A stretch of 64,000 bases of DNA from assembly GCA_963699545.1 (NCBI GenBank), contig CAVOUE010000006.1:96001-160000 (forward strand). The letters run 5' to 3'. The stretch is from Nitrospirota bacterium (GTDB lineage Bacteria > Nitrospirota > Thermodesulfovibrionia > Thermodesulfovibrionales > UBA9159). Every line of letters begins with the position of its first letter. Position 1 is the stretch's first letter. Positions 11,100 to 23,438 of this stretch are shown here, one piece after another. A program made the translations under genes and the position numbers. The notes under the pieces were generated by a model that was not told the origin of the DNA, did no database searches, and saw nothing but the letters and a program-made list of their open reading frames with translations.

Positions 11100-14000
11100 A
11101 TGATTGAAAAGAAGAAGGTTTTTTCGTGGATTGCAGGAGGGATAGGTGCTCTTCTGATCTTCCTGTTGGCCCTCTCCTTTCTTATACCAAGGCTTGTTGA
11201 TCTCAATTCCGTAAGGGAGAAGATCAAGGCAGGTATTTCCCAGAAAATCGCCGGCACCGTGGATTTCCAGAAGATGGAGGTCTCGCTGTTCCCCCGCCCC
11301 AGAATACTGATCAACCGGACAAGGTTCTCTTTCCCGGGAACGGCAGAAGGAACCATCGATTCCCTGAGGATTTACCCCCGCATACTCCCGCTTCTCTCCG
11401 GAAAGGTGAGTATTGGAAGGATTCAGATTGAAGCCCCCCACATATCTCTCACTATTACAGAAAGACAGAACAACAGGAAGAAAAGGCCTCTCTCCGCGCA
11501 GGAAATCGAAGAAAAAGTTTCTGCGCTTTTGAACACTCTGGCAGCGAACCTGCCGGGCGTCAGTATTGCTATAGAAAAGGGGAATGTAAGCATTTCTGAC
11601 ATAAACCGGTCGCTTTTCACGTTTCAGGACGTTGAGGGACAGATCGCTCTCCCTCCCGGGGAGGCCAGCGTTACCCTCACCTGCAGCTCCAACGTCTCAA
11701 AAAGCATGTCCTTTGGTATACGGTTGGATCCAAAGAATCTCAAAGGCATGGGTACCCTTAAGCTCACAGGGATGAAGCCGCAGCTGGTCGTCCAGCACCT
11801 CTTCCCAGACTTTGCCAGGCGCCTTGGAGATTCTGAAGGAAACATCATTCTCTCTTTTAAAATGCTCGGGTTCAAAGACCTGCGGGCAGAAGTGCAGGGC
11901 TCTCTCCCTTATCTTACCTTCCTGAATAAGAACGAAGAAGTTCTCCTGAAGGGAATCGGTGTACACGCAGCCATTGTGCTGGCTGGTGAAAAGACTGAGA
12001 TAACGTTGAACGAGCTCAAGCTTGAGCACCCCCAACTCACCCTGAGCGGGGCGCTCATCTTGGATACAACGGCTCAGAATGTCAGCATGGAGCTGTCAGG
12101 CAGCCAGGTGGACGTCCCGTCCTTGCGAAAGGTGGCGCTCTCTCTGGCAGGAGAGGTGCCCCTGGTGCAGAATGTTTTCAGTTATGTAAGGGGAGGAAAG
12201 GTGCCCTTCATCACGGTGCGCAGTCAGGGAGCATCACTGGAAGACCTCGGGAAGACAGAGAGCATTTTTATCAAGGGACTTGTGCAAAAGGGGGAGATTT
12301 TTGTTCCTGGTCCAAAACTGGATTTCAAGGAGGTCAATGCAGCGTGCGTCGTTTCCAAGGGCATTCTGGAGGGGAAGAATGTTGAGGCGGACCTTGGAAA
12401 TTCTCAGGTAAGGGATGGCAAACTGAGGGTGGGGCTGAAAGGAAGTGACGCCCCGCTCCACATCGATGCAGCAATAAAGGCAGATCTGGCAGAGACGAGG
12501 AACATCCTGAGACGTTTGATAAAGGATGGACCGTTCCTGAAGGAAATCGATCTCGTCAGCACCATACACGGTGAAGCAAAAGGAAGGCTCATCCTGGGCG
12601 AGAGCACCGCCTTCATCAAGCCGCGCGTGGATTTATCCGAGGTCTCTTTCACTGCCGGATACCAGCGGGTCCCCTTTCCCCTTGTGATTAAGGGAGGGCA
12701 GTTTTTTTATGATGAGACACGAATCGGCGTGAAGAAACTCAGCGGTGCACTGGGCAGGTCCTCTTTCGCGGAACTTGCCGGCGAATTACGCTTAGGGGAT
12801 TCCCCTTCCATTGAAATCCCTTCGGGGAAACTAAGGATCATACAGGATGAGATCTATCCGTGGCTGAAATCCTTTGAGGGATTGAAAGGTTCCCTGGAAG
12901 ACCTGCGTTCAGTGCGAGGCGCCATCAATCTTGACACCATTCATCTGAAAGGCTCCCTATTGAAACCGAAGGGATGGCATTTCAGACTGGCAGGTAATGT
13001 GGAGGATCTTGTAGCAGACTGGGCGTTCCTCCCTGTTCCTGCCTCCTTGAAAAAAGGAACTTTCGATGCGAATGAAGAAAAGATATCCGTCACAGATGCA
13101 CGGGCAGAGATCCTCGATGCCTCTGTATCCCTGTCAGTTATTCAGCAGGGTTATATGGGAGGCCGCCACAAAACGGACCTCACCTTTCAGGGAGAGATGG
13201 GGCCCCAGTCCTTCGAATGGGCTGCAAAGCTCTCAAGCCTGCCCTCTCAATTCTCGCCACGGGATACCATCACGTTCGAGTATGCACATATCTCAATGGA
13301 CGAGGGCACTACGCTTTTCCAGGGAACCTTTCGAACTCAGAGGGGGCCGAAGATTACCGCTGACGTGCTGAAGCATTCGAAGGGGCTTGCCGTAAATAAG
13401 CTCACCATTAAGGATGCCTCTTCCGACGCAACCCTTTCCTTCGATCTCCAGGAAAAGACATTGAAACTTGCCTTTGCCGGAAAACTGACCTCAGAAACAT
13501 TTGACAGACTCATGACAGAAAAAGAATACCCCCAGGGAAGGATCGTGGGAGATTTTCGGGCAGAAATCCAGCGGGAGAAACCGTTTCGATTCACCGCCCA
13601 GGGGAAGATCAGAGGAGAGAATATCGTCATCCCTTCGAAGTGGGGAGTCCCGATAACAATAGAGACCCTCTCTTTGGCTGGCGACGGCAACAGTCTTGCC
13701 GTGGAACCTTCTTCCTTCAGGGTGGATGACACCCTTTTTTCTCTTAAGGGCAATCTGAATTTCACCCGGGAGGACCTGGCGATCGATATGGATCTCTCCG
13801 CAGACCGGATCGAATGGAAAAAAATCGCACGGGTGCTGGAAGGGCGGAAAGAGAAAGAGAGAGAGCAACGAAACGTGGGACATGCCCGTCAAGGGGACCC
13901 TGAGGCTGAAAACGAATCATTTCGTCTACGACAAATATACCTGGATGCCTCTCCATGCGGATATATCCCTTCACCGTGATGATATTGACATCGCGGTGAC

Positions 14001-14718
14001 CAGGGCAACTCTCTGCGGCATTTCCTCGCCGGGGACGATGAATGTGACGCCAAGGGAACTCTCCTTTGATTTTCAGCTTACTGCGGATAATCAGGAGTTG
14101 GAACCAGCCCTTGTCTGTCTCTTTGGAAGAGAACAGGACGCAACAGGAAGATTCGACCTGAAAGTAAGTATCAAGGGACAGGGGAGGAAAGAGACCGTGC
14201 GTGATTCCCTCCAGGGAGATGCAGAATTCGTTGCCAGAGACGGGCGGATTTTCCGTCAGCCGGCTCTCCTGAACATTTTCTCCTTTCTGCAAGTCAATCA
14301 AATCCTGAGAGGGTTCCCCGAAATAAGGCAAGAGGGCTTTGCATATCACTCTATAAAAGCGAAAGGAGCGCTGAGGCAAGGCACGCTGGAGGTGAAAGAA
14401 GGGACTGTGGATGGTTCTTCCATGAAGATTGCTACCCAGGGCACAGTCGATCTAAGACATGACAAACTGGACCTTACCGTTCTCATCTCTCCACTGAAAA
14501 GAACTGATTTCATCATCAAGAAAACCCCCATCATAGGCAGCATTCTTGGGGGTTCACTCGTCTCTATCCCCCTTAAGGTCTCTGGAGATATGGATGATCC
14601 AAAGGTAAGCTTTAATCCCGTTTCAGCAGTTGGATCCGGATTATTAGGAATTATGGAAAGGACCCTCAAGAGCCCTGTGAAGCTGTTTGACCCCTTCCAA
14701 ACGGACGGAAAGAAGTAA
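11100..14718 (+). CDS. AsmA-like / YhdP-type (DUF3971, AsmA_2 C-terminus) envelope protein; frameshift near 13880
   Basis: N-terminal TM anchor, long amphipathic beta-rich body, C-terminal AsmA_2-like segment (GSSMKIATQGTVDL...IIKKTPIIGSILGG...VSGDMDDPKV). Confidence 0.8.
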
Positions 14719-14791
14719 ACACCGTCGCACCTCTTTTTGAGACGCATTGCGAACAAATTCCCTATTGCTTGCTGCAGGGTTCAGGTAAGGT

Positions 14792-15076
14792 ATGGTAGTA
14801 TCAATCATGACTATACTAACATCAACAACATCCACAGCAAGAACAATTATGGAAGTCTACAGGTATTTCAGAATAAAAAAGGGTGAATATATATCCCTCA
14901 AATTACTCTTGAGTAGAAAACATTTGTGGAAGGATATTGAGGAAGCAGAATTCAATCAAAGTGTGGGTGATTTGATTAAGCTGGGTTACATAGGAAGAAT
15001 TGAAAACCCGGAAGGCTGGAGGCTTCTCGGAGCAGGTGATGAATACCTCAAACAGCTTGAACTAGACCTGATCTGA
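14792..15076 (+). CDS. Hypothetical protein (possible small winged helix)
   Basis: AT-rich 94-aa ORF; FNQSVGDLIKLGYI...GWRLLGAG resembles a wing segment. Confidence 0.5.
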   Translation: MVVSIMTILTSTTSTARTIMEVYRYFRIKKGEYISLKLLLSRKHLWKDIEEAEFNQSVGDLIKLGYIGRIENPEGWRLLGAGDEYLKQLELDLI

Positions 15077-15097
15077 ACGTGAGAGGGAGAGGGAAAT

Positions 15098-15484
15098 ATG
15101 CCCTCGTCAAGAAGGAGGATGAAGAAACAACATCCTCTCCAATGGCTCTTTGAACCCCTGATGGAAGAACCCAGCTATTTGGAGAAACCCATGTTCGGCT
15201 GTCAAGCCTGTTATCTTCATGGGCGTTTGGCCCTGGTCCTGGCAGATGGGGATGAACCCTGGAACGGCTTGCTTATTCCTACCGACCATCAGTTCCATGA
15301 TGCTATCCGCCAGGACTTCAAGGATGTCATCCGGCACCCTGTTTTGAAGAAATGGCTTTACCTCTCTCAATCGTCGGAGGATTTTGAGACGGTAGCATCT
15401 GATATTGTCGAGGCGGTGAGAGTGGATGACCTTCGGTTTGGAGTTGAGCCGAGAGAAACGACAAGGACCAAACGCAGGAAATAA
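15098..15484 (+). CDS. TfoX-N-like hypothetical protein
   Basis: KPMFGCQACYLHGRLALVL resembles the TfoX N-terminal MFG motif; HPVLKKWLYL; purine-rich RBS upstream. Confidence 0.6.
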   Translation: MPSSRRRMKKQHPLQWLFEPLMEEPSYLEKPMFGCQACYLHGRLALVLADGDEPWNGLLIPTDHQFHDAIRQDFKDVIRHPVLKKWLYLSQSSEDFETVASDIVEAVRVDDLRFGVEPRETTRTKRRK

Positions 15485-15492
15485 GACTCTTC

Positions 15493-16515
15493 TCAGACCA
15501 GTCCGCGGTCCGACAATTCCCTCTTGATGTAGGCGTAATAGATGGGAGCGGCGATCACACCGGCAACACCGAAAGCCGCTTCCATGAGCAGCATCGCCAC
15601 CAGTATCTCCCACGCACTGGCGCGGATCTGGATCCCCACAATGCGGGCATTCAGGAAATACTCGAGTTTATGTATCACCACGAGAAACACAAGAGAAGCG
15701 CCGGCAACAGACAGAGAATGACTTAAACTTACCACTACGATCACGGTATTGGAGATCAGATTGCCGACAACAGGCAGCAACCCTGTGACAAAGGTAAAGG
15801 CCACCATGGTTTTCGTGAACGGCAGACGGATGCCGAAGACCGGGAGTATGACCGCAAGGTAAAGCCATGCGAATAAGGCGTTCAGCACCGCGATGCGCGC
15901 CTGGGCAAAGACAATGGAGCGGAAGGCCTGACTCAGGCGCCCTGCCCGCTCAACAAGCGCCTGTGCAAAAGGACGATGCTCATGCAGCGGCGTCACCTCA
16001 CGTAAAGATACCAGAGCGCCGATCACCATGCCGATCAATATATGAGCTGCTATCCGTCCCGCTTCCTTGCCGACCACCTGCAACTCTCCTGCATGCTCGC
16101 GGAGCCAGTGAGCAATACCGTTCTTGATATCCTCTGCATCACCGGGTATGTATACGGCAAGCCAGGGAGGAAGCGTCTGCCGCGACCCTTCAACGATCTC
16201 CGCCATTTTGTGAAGCAATGCAGGCACACTTCCCGCGTCACTACGGAAAAAGGCTATCATTCCCCAGCTTCCGAGGGTCAGCGTTATCATAACAAAGACC
16301 GCAAGGAGGGATACCACGGCCAGCCTGGCGCGGGTGCCGCTCAATCGAGTAAGCCGGAGCCCCGGTGCAAGAATGTGGACAAGCTCGTACACAAGCAGTC
16401 CGGCTATCAAAGCCGGGAGCAGGCGCAGCCTGAGGGCAAGGAACAGGGCCGCTCCGGCGATCACATATGATGCCGTTTCATAGATCCTTTCGTCAGTTCT
16501 TTCGCCACCGTTCAT
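15493..16515 (-). CDS. AI-2E family transporter
   Basis: Multi-TM 340 aa; GLLPVVGNLISN, KLEYFLNARIVG, FGVAGVIAAP. Confidence 0.85.
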   Translation of the reverse strand: MNGGERTDERIYETASYVIAGAALFLALRLRLLPALIAGLLVYELVHILAPGLRLTRLSGTRARLAVVSLLAVFVMITLTLGSWGMIAFFRSDAGSVPALLHKMAEIVEGSRQTLPPWLAVYIPGDAEDIKNGIAHWLREHAGELQVVGKEAGRIAAHILIGMVIGALVSLREVTPLHEHRPFAQALVERAGRLSQAFRSIVFAQARIAVLNALFAWLYLAVILPVFGIRLPFTKTMVAFTFVTGLLPVVGNLISNTVIVVVSLSHSLSVAGASLVFLVVIHKLEYFLNARIVGIQIRASAWEILVAMLLMEAAFGVAGVIAAPIYYAYIKRELSDRGLV

Positions 16516-16568
16516 ATGCGGATATTATACACTGCCGCGTGCGGTGATTTGCCTATGTTGGCGTATCA

Positions 16569-16742
16569 GTAATACAGGAAGATACGTGCGAAACACTTGG
16601 CGGGATCGCGGTCAAGGAAGAGTACTTAACAGAGGAACAGGCCGACCATCTCTTGAGAGAACAAAGAGACTCTTATAGGTATTTTGGTGAAGCTTTGGTC
16701 AGGACAGGAGTCATGTCTGACAAAGAAAGAGCAAGGCAGCTT
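16569..16742 (+). pseudogene. Start-less gene remnant with tandem MshEN-like helical repeats
   Basis: Translates VIQEDTCETLGGIAVKEEYLTEEQADHLLREQRDSYRYFGEALVRTGVMSDKERARQL. In-frame TGA at 16545, no start codon, absent from the ORF track. Confidence 0.55.
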
Positions 16743-16759
16743 TCACCGCCGCCCCTTCC

Positions 16760-17734
16760 TCACCAAGCGGCGATCTCCCCCAGGGCTTTCAGTATCTCCG
16801 CCCCTCCCACATAGGTCTTCCTGCTGTCCCCTTTCACCACGGCCAGTGAGGGAGTTCCGCGTATCTTGTCCGTCTGCATCATCGGGTTGTAAACACTGCG
16901 GAATATCTCTCTTGCCCTGTTCCTGTCGATTTTATAGGGGATTCCTTTCGCCGTCAGGATTTTTGTGACCCCGGGCTGGTCCGTCTTTGTCTTCGCGGCT
17001 TCAAAAAGTGTCTCTCTGACCTTGATGGCGGATTCAAGGTTGTTCCCCGATTCAAACCAGGCATAAAGAAATAATTCGGCATAATCAAGGGAGCCTGGAT
17101 GGAGCGGCACATCAACAAAACGTATAGTGGCTTTATCCCTCAATTTCCTGAGGGCAATGTTTATCTGCTCGTCTGTCTTGCCGCAGGCGGGGCAGAAATA
17201 ATCGGAATAAACGATAATCTCGATCCCGGCTTTTTCACTGCCGAAGACCGGATACCTGATCTCCTCTGCATAGGAAGGGGTAACTGAGCCGTTAAACGTA
17301 ACCGAGGTAAAGAGTGCGCCCAATACGATTAGGAGGATCAGGACCCATTTCTTCAGACTCGGGGCAACCACAAAGAACATGGTCAGGAAGAAGAACCCCG
17401 ATATGATGCATTTGGGGCAATAGGTATTGTTCTGCACCTGGAACTTAACCAGGATTATCTCTGCACCCATCCCGACCGATACCACCGCGGCGATCGCTTT
17501 CATAAACCAGTCTCTGGGATAGAATTTCAAGTAGAAAACTGTCGAAACCAGGAGCAGGGAATAGAGGATTATCCCCATAATGTTCAGGTCAAGGCCGAGG
17601 ATATCACCACGGAGCACCGCACATTTCTCCTGGCATATCTGTCCTATTATCAATGTGAGAAGAGCCAGCGCAGGAAAGATCCATACCCAAGCCTGAAGCT
17701 TCGCAAATAGAGTGGACTCTCGTAGCACAGACAT
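16760..17734 (-). CDS. VKOR-like membrane domain fused to DsbA/thioredoxin domain
   Basis: ICQEKC and membrane-edge YCPKC; C-terminal YSDYFCPAC and cis-Pro IRGTPS. Confidence 0.75.
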   Translation of the reverse strand: MSVLRESTLFAKLQAWVWIFPALALLTLIIGQICQEKCAVLRGDILGLDLNIMGIILYSLLLVSTVFYLKFYPRDWFMKAIAAVVSVGMGAEIILVKFQVQNNTYCPKCIISGFFFLTMFFVVAPSLKKWVLILLIVLGALFTSVTFNGSVTPSYAEEIRYPVFGSEKAGIEIIVYSDYFCPACGKTDEQINIALRKLRDKATIRFVDVPLHPGSLDYAELFLYAWFESGNNLESAIKVRETLFEAAKTKTDQPGVTKILTAKGIPYKIDRNRAREIFRSVYNPMMQTDKIRGTPSLAVVKGDSRKTYVGGAEILKALGEIAAW

Positions 17735-17909
17735 GTTCTATTTTAGCTCAAAAGGCTCCTCTTTTTCCTCCTCTTTTTCAGTTCCTGGTCTAGCTGTACG
17801 GTCCGTACTATCACGGGAACATCGCTCCCGGCTGTCAGGAGGGCATCGTTCACAATTCTATGTTCTTTCCGGCGGACGCGAGCATCCCGGGCAGACCGGC
17901 CTCCTAACC

Positions 17910-17947
17910 GGATTCCGGGTCATCCGCCCGATGATGTCCGGAATGAC
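17910..17947. repeat. REP/dRS3-like palindrome (GGATTCCGG...CCGGAATGAC)
   Basis: GGATTCCGG-[TCATC..GATGA inner hairpin]-CCGGAATGAC; same end signature as the repeats at 31823-32019. Confidence 0.6.
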
Positions 17948-18112
17948 ATGAAAGCGACAAGTATAGCTCTCTTATGAATGCAGGGCGCAATAACTATTAT
18001 TTAACAAGGAGTTAGCCATGCCCAAAAAGTATTTGTCATCCGTCTCACAAAGCGGTAGAATGGAAGAAGGAGAAGCAGAGTGTACATCACTTTCACGGAG
18101 AAGGAGGATAGT

Positions 18113-18574
18113 ATGAACAAAATCATCGTCGCTGTTGACCTGGGTCATTTCAAGGCTTACAGAGTCACCAAGGACCCCTTCGAAAAAAGTCCGAAAACGG
18201 AACTGATCGAGAGCTACGACTCGATCGAGGCGCGTTTGAAGCTTTCAGATAAATTGAGTGATGCGGCAGGAAGATACCGCCAGGCCGGCGGCAGGAACGG
18301 CAAGGCCGCCGGATTTGGCGAGACCCATAACATCGCACTGGAATCCGAGAAAAGGATGATAAAGCAGATCGCTGAGGATATCAATGAGCTCGTTGCGAGG
18401 GAGAAATGTGAGAAGTGGTATCTGGCTGCGGGCAAGAACATCAACAGCCAGATCGTAGAGAACCTGGAGCCGGCGGTCAAGGCGAAGATGGACAAGAACG
18501 TGCCGTGCAATCTCACAAAGTCGGGAAAATCCGGGATCCTTGACCATTTCGCCAGGGAAGCACAGGTAGCATAA
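18113..18574 (+). CDS. Host attachment protein family (baeRF-like)
   Basis: AGGAGG RBS; MNKIIVAVDLGHFKAY, SDAAGR, WYLAAG, C-terminal NLTK. Confidence 0.7.
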   Translation: MNKIIVAVDLGHFKAYRVTKDPFEKSPKTELIESYDSIEARLKLSDKLSDAAGRYRQAGGRNGKAAGFGETHNIALESEKRMIKQIAEDINELVAREKCEKWYLAAGKNINSQIVENLEPAVKAKMDKNVPCNLTKSGKSGILDHFAREAQVA

Positions 18575-18714
18575 AGAGCTGATAGCTCATAGCAGAACAA
18601 AGGACTTGAGATCGAGGAGATCGTCTTGATCTCCCGGTCTCACGGTCTTTCTGTTTCTTCACCTGCCGGTCTGTCTCTGTTTTTGCCTTTTGACCTTTTT
18701 GTCCGCTATAATGA

Positions 18715-19724
<1,010 letters not shown>

Positions 19725-19743
19725 CCGGAACGTTAAAGACCTT

Positions 19744-20886
19744 TCATCCTCTTTTCCTTATTACCATCAGCAGCGGGTTCAGGAGATAGTAGAGGGGGAC
19801 TTTTTTCGATCCTGCCGACAGTCCGTAGCGGAGCCGGATCTCGGATGCGGGCGGGAAAATTCTTCTGAGAAGTACAGCGACCATATCAACGGGAGTGTCA
19901 AGCAAGGTGGTAAAAAGCGCCAGCCTCACATAGCTCCTCGTCATCTCCTGAAAAAGCCCTGAGAGGATAACTTTTTTCAACAGTGAATATCCGGCAATTC
20001 TTCTGTAAGCCAAATGATCAGGGATGTCGGCCCCGAGGAGATCGTGGGCCAGCTTCAGGGTGAAGAGAGTGAGTCGCTTCATCCTGAGCTTTTCCGCGCA
20101 GGAAAGGAGCTTATCCCAGTCCATCTCCGCCCGGTATTTGTCAGCCAGCCCGGAGATAACGAGAAACCACTTAAGGGGTCTGAACCTGTGCGTAAAAAGA
20201 TGGAATATGCCATACAGCATATACCGCTCCGGTGACAGGAGTGTGAGCTCCGTGTCCCCATAGCGTGTGGTCAATGTCTCTTCCCACCAAAAATCAGGAG
20301 ACGTCTCAAAAAACCATTGCACGAGATTCCAGTGCATTTCAACACTGTAGGCATCATTATGAAAAATGAGATGATAGCTGCTTTCAACAAGGTCTGCTTC
20401 ACGCGCCGTGATGCTTTCCTGATATCCCGCATCAGCAAGTGTCTTTTTTGTTCTTTCAAGATCGGACGGCCTCACAAGGAAATCGATATCTCCGGTTGGA
20501 TAAAGCCCTATGTCCCCCAGGGCCATATCAGAGAAAAGGGAGCCCTTCAAAGGAACGGACACAACGCCGGCCTGCCGCAGCAAAGAGAATATCCTCATGG
20601 TTCCCCGTGAATGATGGACGTTTCTGCTGAATGTGGCGAGATAGGCATCCTTGAGAGCATCCAGAGTCTTCTCCGGAATGCCTTTGAGGGTTGCAGCGTT
20701 CCGATAAAGGAGCGGCGAGACGCCGTTCATGCCGGCAAGCCTTACAAGGTTGCTGAAATCCACGGGATGTCCGCGAGCCGCAAGTATCTCTCCTGCGGCA
20801 TCCAGGGCTTCAGAAGAAGGGCCCACCCGTGAAAGGAGGAGGAGAAGTTGTTCTTCTATCGCTAGCTGAGGTTCATTGAGACTCAT
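19744..20886 (-). CDS. Uncharacterised nucleotidyltransferase (NTP_transf_5-like)
   Basis: Own start MSLNEPQ; PLKGSLF..LYPTGDIDFLV, VEMHWNL. Confidence 0.75.
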   Translation of the reverse strand: MSLNEPQLAIEEQLLLLLSRVGPSSEALDAAGEILAARGHPVDFSNLVRLAGMNGVSPLLYRNAATLKGIPEKTLDALKDAYLATFSRNVHHSRGTMRIFSLLRQAGVVSVPLKGSLFSDMALGDIGLYPTGDIDFLVRPSDLERTKKTLADAGYQESITAREADLVESSYHLIFHNDAYSVEMHWNLVQWFFETSPDFWWEETLTTRYGDTELTLLSPERYMLYGIFHLFTHRFRPLKWFLVISGLADKYRAEMDWDKLLSCAEKLRMKRLTLFTLKLAHDLLGADIPDHLAYRRIAGYSLLKKVILSGLFQEMTRSYVRLALFTTLLDTPVDMVAVLLRRIFPPASEIRLRYGLSAGSKKVPLYYLLNPLLMVIRKRG

Positions 20887-20924
20887 AGAGATTCGTTGGG
20901 ATTGTTGATCCCCGGTCTCTCCGT

Positions 20925-22860
20925 CTAGCTCTTTTTGAAATTCGGCACGATCTTTCGGATTTCGGGGATAAGGTCGTCGGGGGAGTTTTCTGCGATGATA
21001 CGATCCAGGTTCTTCATATGCATCAGGAGGGTGTCCGGGAGACGGCACGTTGCTGGGAATGGCTATCTTCAGCTTTTCATGAAAAGCAGGAACCATCGTT
21101 TCCGACTCGTCAAAGAGTTCTTCATAGAGCTTTTCCCCCGGCCTCAGACCCGTGAACTCGATCTTTATGTCCTCGTAGGGAATAAAACCAGAAAGCCGGA
21201 TGAGGTTTTCAGCCATATCCAGGATCTTTATCTGTTCGCCCATGTCAAGCACGATGATATCGCCGCCCCGCCCTCCTGCTGCGGCGATCAGCACCAGGTA
21301 CACCGCCTCGGGTATGAGCATGAAAAACCTCTTTATATCGGGATGCGTCACCGTCAGGGGCCCGCCCCGCCTGACCTGCTCCTTGAATATCTGCACCACG
21401 CTCCCGTTGCTCCCCAGCACATTCCCAAACCTGACTGCAGTGAATCTGGTCTCAGAGGTCTCATTCATACTGATCGCGAGGAACTCCGTTATTCGTTTCG
21501 TTCCGCCCATGATGCTCGTAGGGTTCACCGCCTTGTCGGTCGATACCATCACGAAACTCTCCGCTTTATGCCGTGAGGCCGCCTCAACGAGATTTCTCGC
21601 GCCGAAAACATTGTTCTTCACTGCCTCCATGGGATTGAGCTCCATGAGCGGCACATGTTTGTGGGAGGCGGCGTGGAAAATGATCTGCGGTTTAAATCTT
21701 GAGAACTGATACTCCAGGCCCGCCCTGTCCCGCATATCCCCGACAACCGTCGTAATAGCGGACACTTGGTGACGGGTTCCAGGTGACGGGTTGTCGCCTC
21801 TGACCTCTGACCTGGTACCGCTTCTCTCTTTCCCCTTTGCCTGCAGCTCCATGTCTATCTCAAAAAGACCGTTTTCGTACCGGTCGAACATGATAAGATT
21901 GGACGGGCCGTATTCAAGTATCTGCCGGCAGAGTTCGGAGCCGATGGACCCTCCGGCGCCTGTCACCAGGACAGACTTCCCCTGGATATAGTCTCTTACG
22001 GTCCGGACAGCAGTTCTGACAGGCTCCCTCTGGAGAAGGTCTTCAAGAGAGAGGGGCTTTATCTGTGACACCGAGACGTTCCCCTCGATGATGTCGCTCA
22101 GACCGGGCAGTATCTGGATCGGCACATTGAAGGGCTTGCAGATTTCATATATCTCGTTGATCGTCTTATGGCTCGCTGTAGGCATGGAGATGAGTATCTC
22201 CTCCGGCGCGTGCTTCTCGATCACTTCCCTGATCATTGTCCTCGGTCCGAAAATGGGAATACCGTGTATCGAGAGCCCCTTCTTCGAGGGATTATCATCG
22301 ATAAACCCGATAGGCTCATACGAATAGCTCGGATTGGTCTTCATGTCCCTCACGATCATCTCTCCCGCATCCCCGGCGCCTATGATAAGCGCCCTCTTTC
22401 TTGAAATTTCGGACTTCGCGTATTCCCTGAATACCCTGATAAAGAGCCTGCTCCCGCCGGAAAGTATGACAAGGAGCAGCCAGTCAATAACGTAAATGGA
22501 GCGGGGATACGAACTGTCACCGAAGAGATACCTCACGGCAATAACGAATATGACGGTACCCAGCGAAGCGGACTTCACGATCTTCACAAGGTCACCGATG
22601 CTTGAATAGCGCCAGAGATCCTTGTTGAGGCCGAAATAGAGATAGAGCCCGAGACGGATGGTGAGCAATACGGGCAGGAAGACCTTGAACTGCGTCACCG
22701 TTGCCGGGGACAGGATCCCCTCGAACCGGAGGAAGAAGGCGAAATAGTTCGCCACGGCAACCTCGATAAGATGATTCACCGTAACGATTGCCCGCCTGTT
22801 CTTTACGGTCAATGTCTTGACCGCCTCATACATACGCGACGTTATCCGATTCTCGCTCAT
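20925..22860 (-). CDS. Polysaccharide biosynthesis protein, UDP-GlcNAc 4,6-dehydratase (CapD/WbpM/PglF family); indel near 21035
   Basis: 4 TM, IIGAGDAG, LEDLLQR, VTGAGGSIGSE, HAASHKHVP, STDKAVNP, RFGNVLGSNGSV, GLRPGEKLYEEL. Natural C-terminus (..IRKIVPNFKKS*) lies in another frame. Confidence 0.9.
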
Positions 22861-23438
22861 CTTCTCAGAATCGTTCTCAGGATCAATTTCAGGTCCAGGT
22901 ACATAGTATGACTATCAACGTATGCAGATGCAAGTTTGATCTTTTCCGGGAGCACCCTGCCGGTGTACTCCCGCTCCCAGTCTGCCGACGAGGAGAGCAC
23001 GCTCTCTTCATCGGAGAATTGTAGAGACGCGGGGTCTGTAATGCCGGGACGGAGGCTCAGGAGCTTTTCATAATCAGACCTGAAGAGCTCAACATATTTT
23101 TCCACCTCCGGCCTCGGCCCCACAAGGCTCATCTCCCCTTTCAGGACATTGATGAGCTGCGGAAGTTCGTCTATCTTTGCCTTCCTCAGGAATCTCCCGA
23201 CCCCCGTCACTCTGCTGTCTCCTCCTGCGGTGATCTCAGGCCCTTTTCCCGAAGCATCCACAGTCATCGTCCTGAACTTGACGATACGGAAGGGTCTGAA
23301 AGCCTTGCCGATCCTCTCCTGACGGAAAAACACAGGGCCTCTGCTGTCGATCTTGATCAGGACGGCAACAACGAGGAAGAATGGCAAAAGGATCATTAAT
23401 CCCAGAAACGACACAATGAAATCAAAGATCCTTTTCAC
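22857..23438 (-). CDS. Priming sugar-phosphate transferase (Bac_transf, PglC/WcaJ-C like)
   Basis: [34 protein letters not shown]. Confidence 0.92.
   Translation of the reverse strand: MKRIFDFIVSFLGLMILLPFFLVVAVLIKIDSRGPVFFRQERIGKAFRPFRIVKFRTMTVDASGKGPEITAGGDSRVTGVGRFLRKAKIDELPQLINVLKGEMSLVGPRPEVEKYVELFRSDYEKLLSLRPGITDPASLQFSDEESVLSSSADWEREYTGRVLPEKIKLASAYVDSHTMYLDLKLILRTILRR

Noticed and set aside
19744-22860. 1038-aa CapD-nucleotidyltransferase fusion in the ORF track
   Set aside because: The normal CapD C-terminus and stop (20925) lie in another frame after an indel near 21035, and the NTase has its own ATG at 20886.
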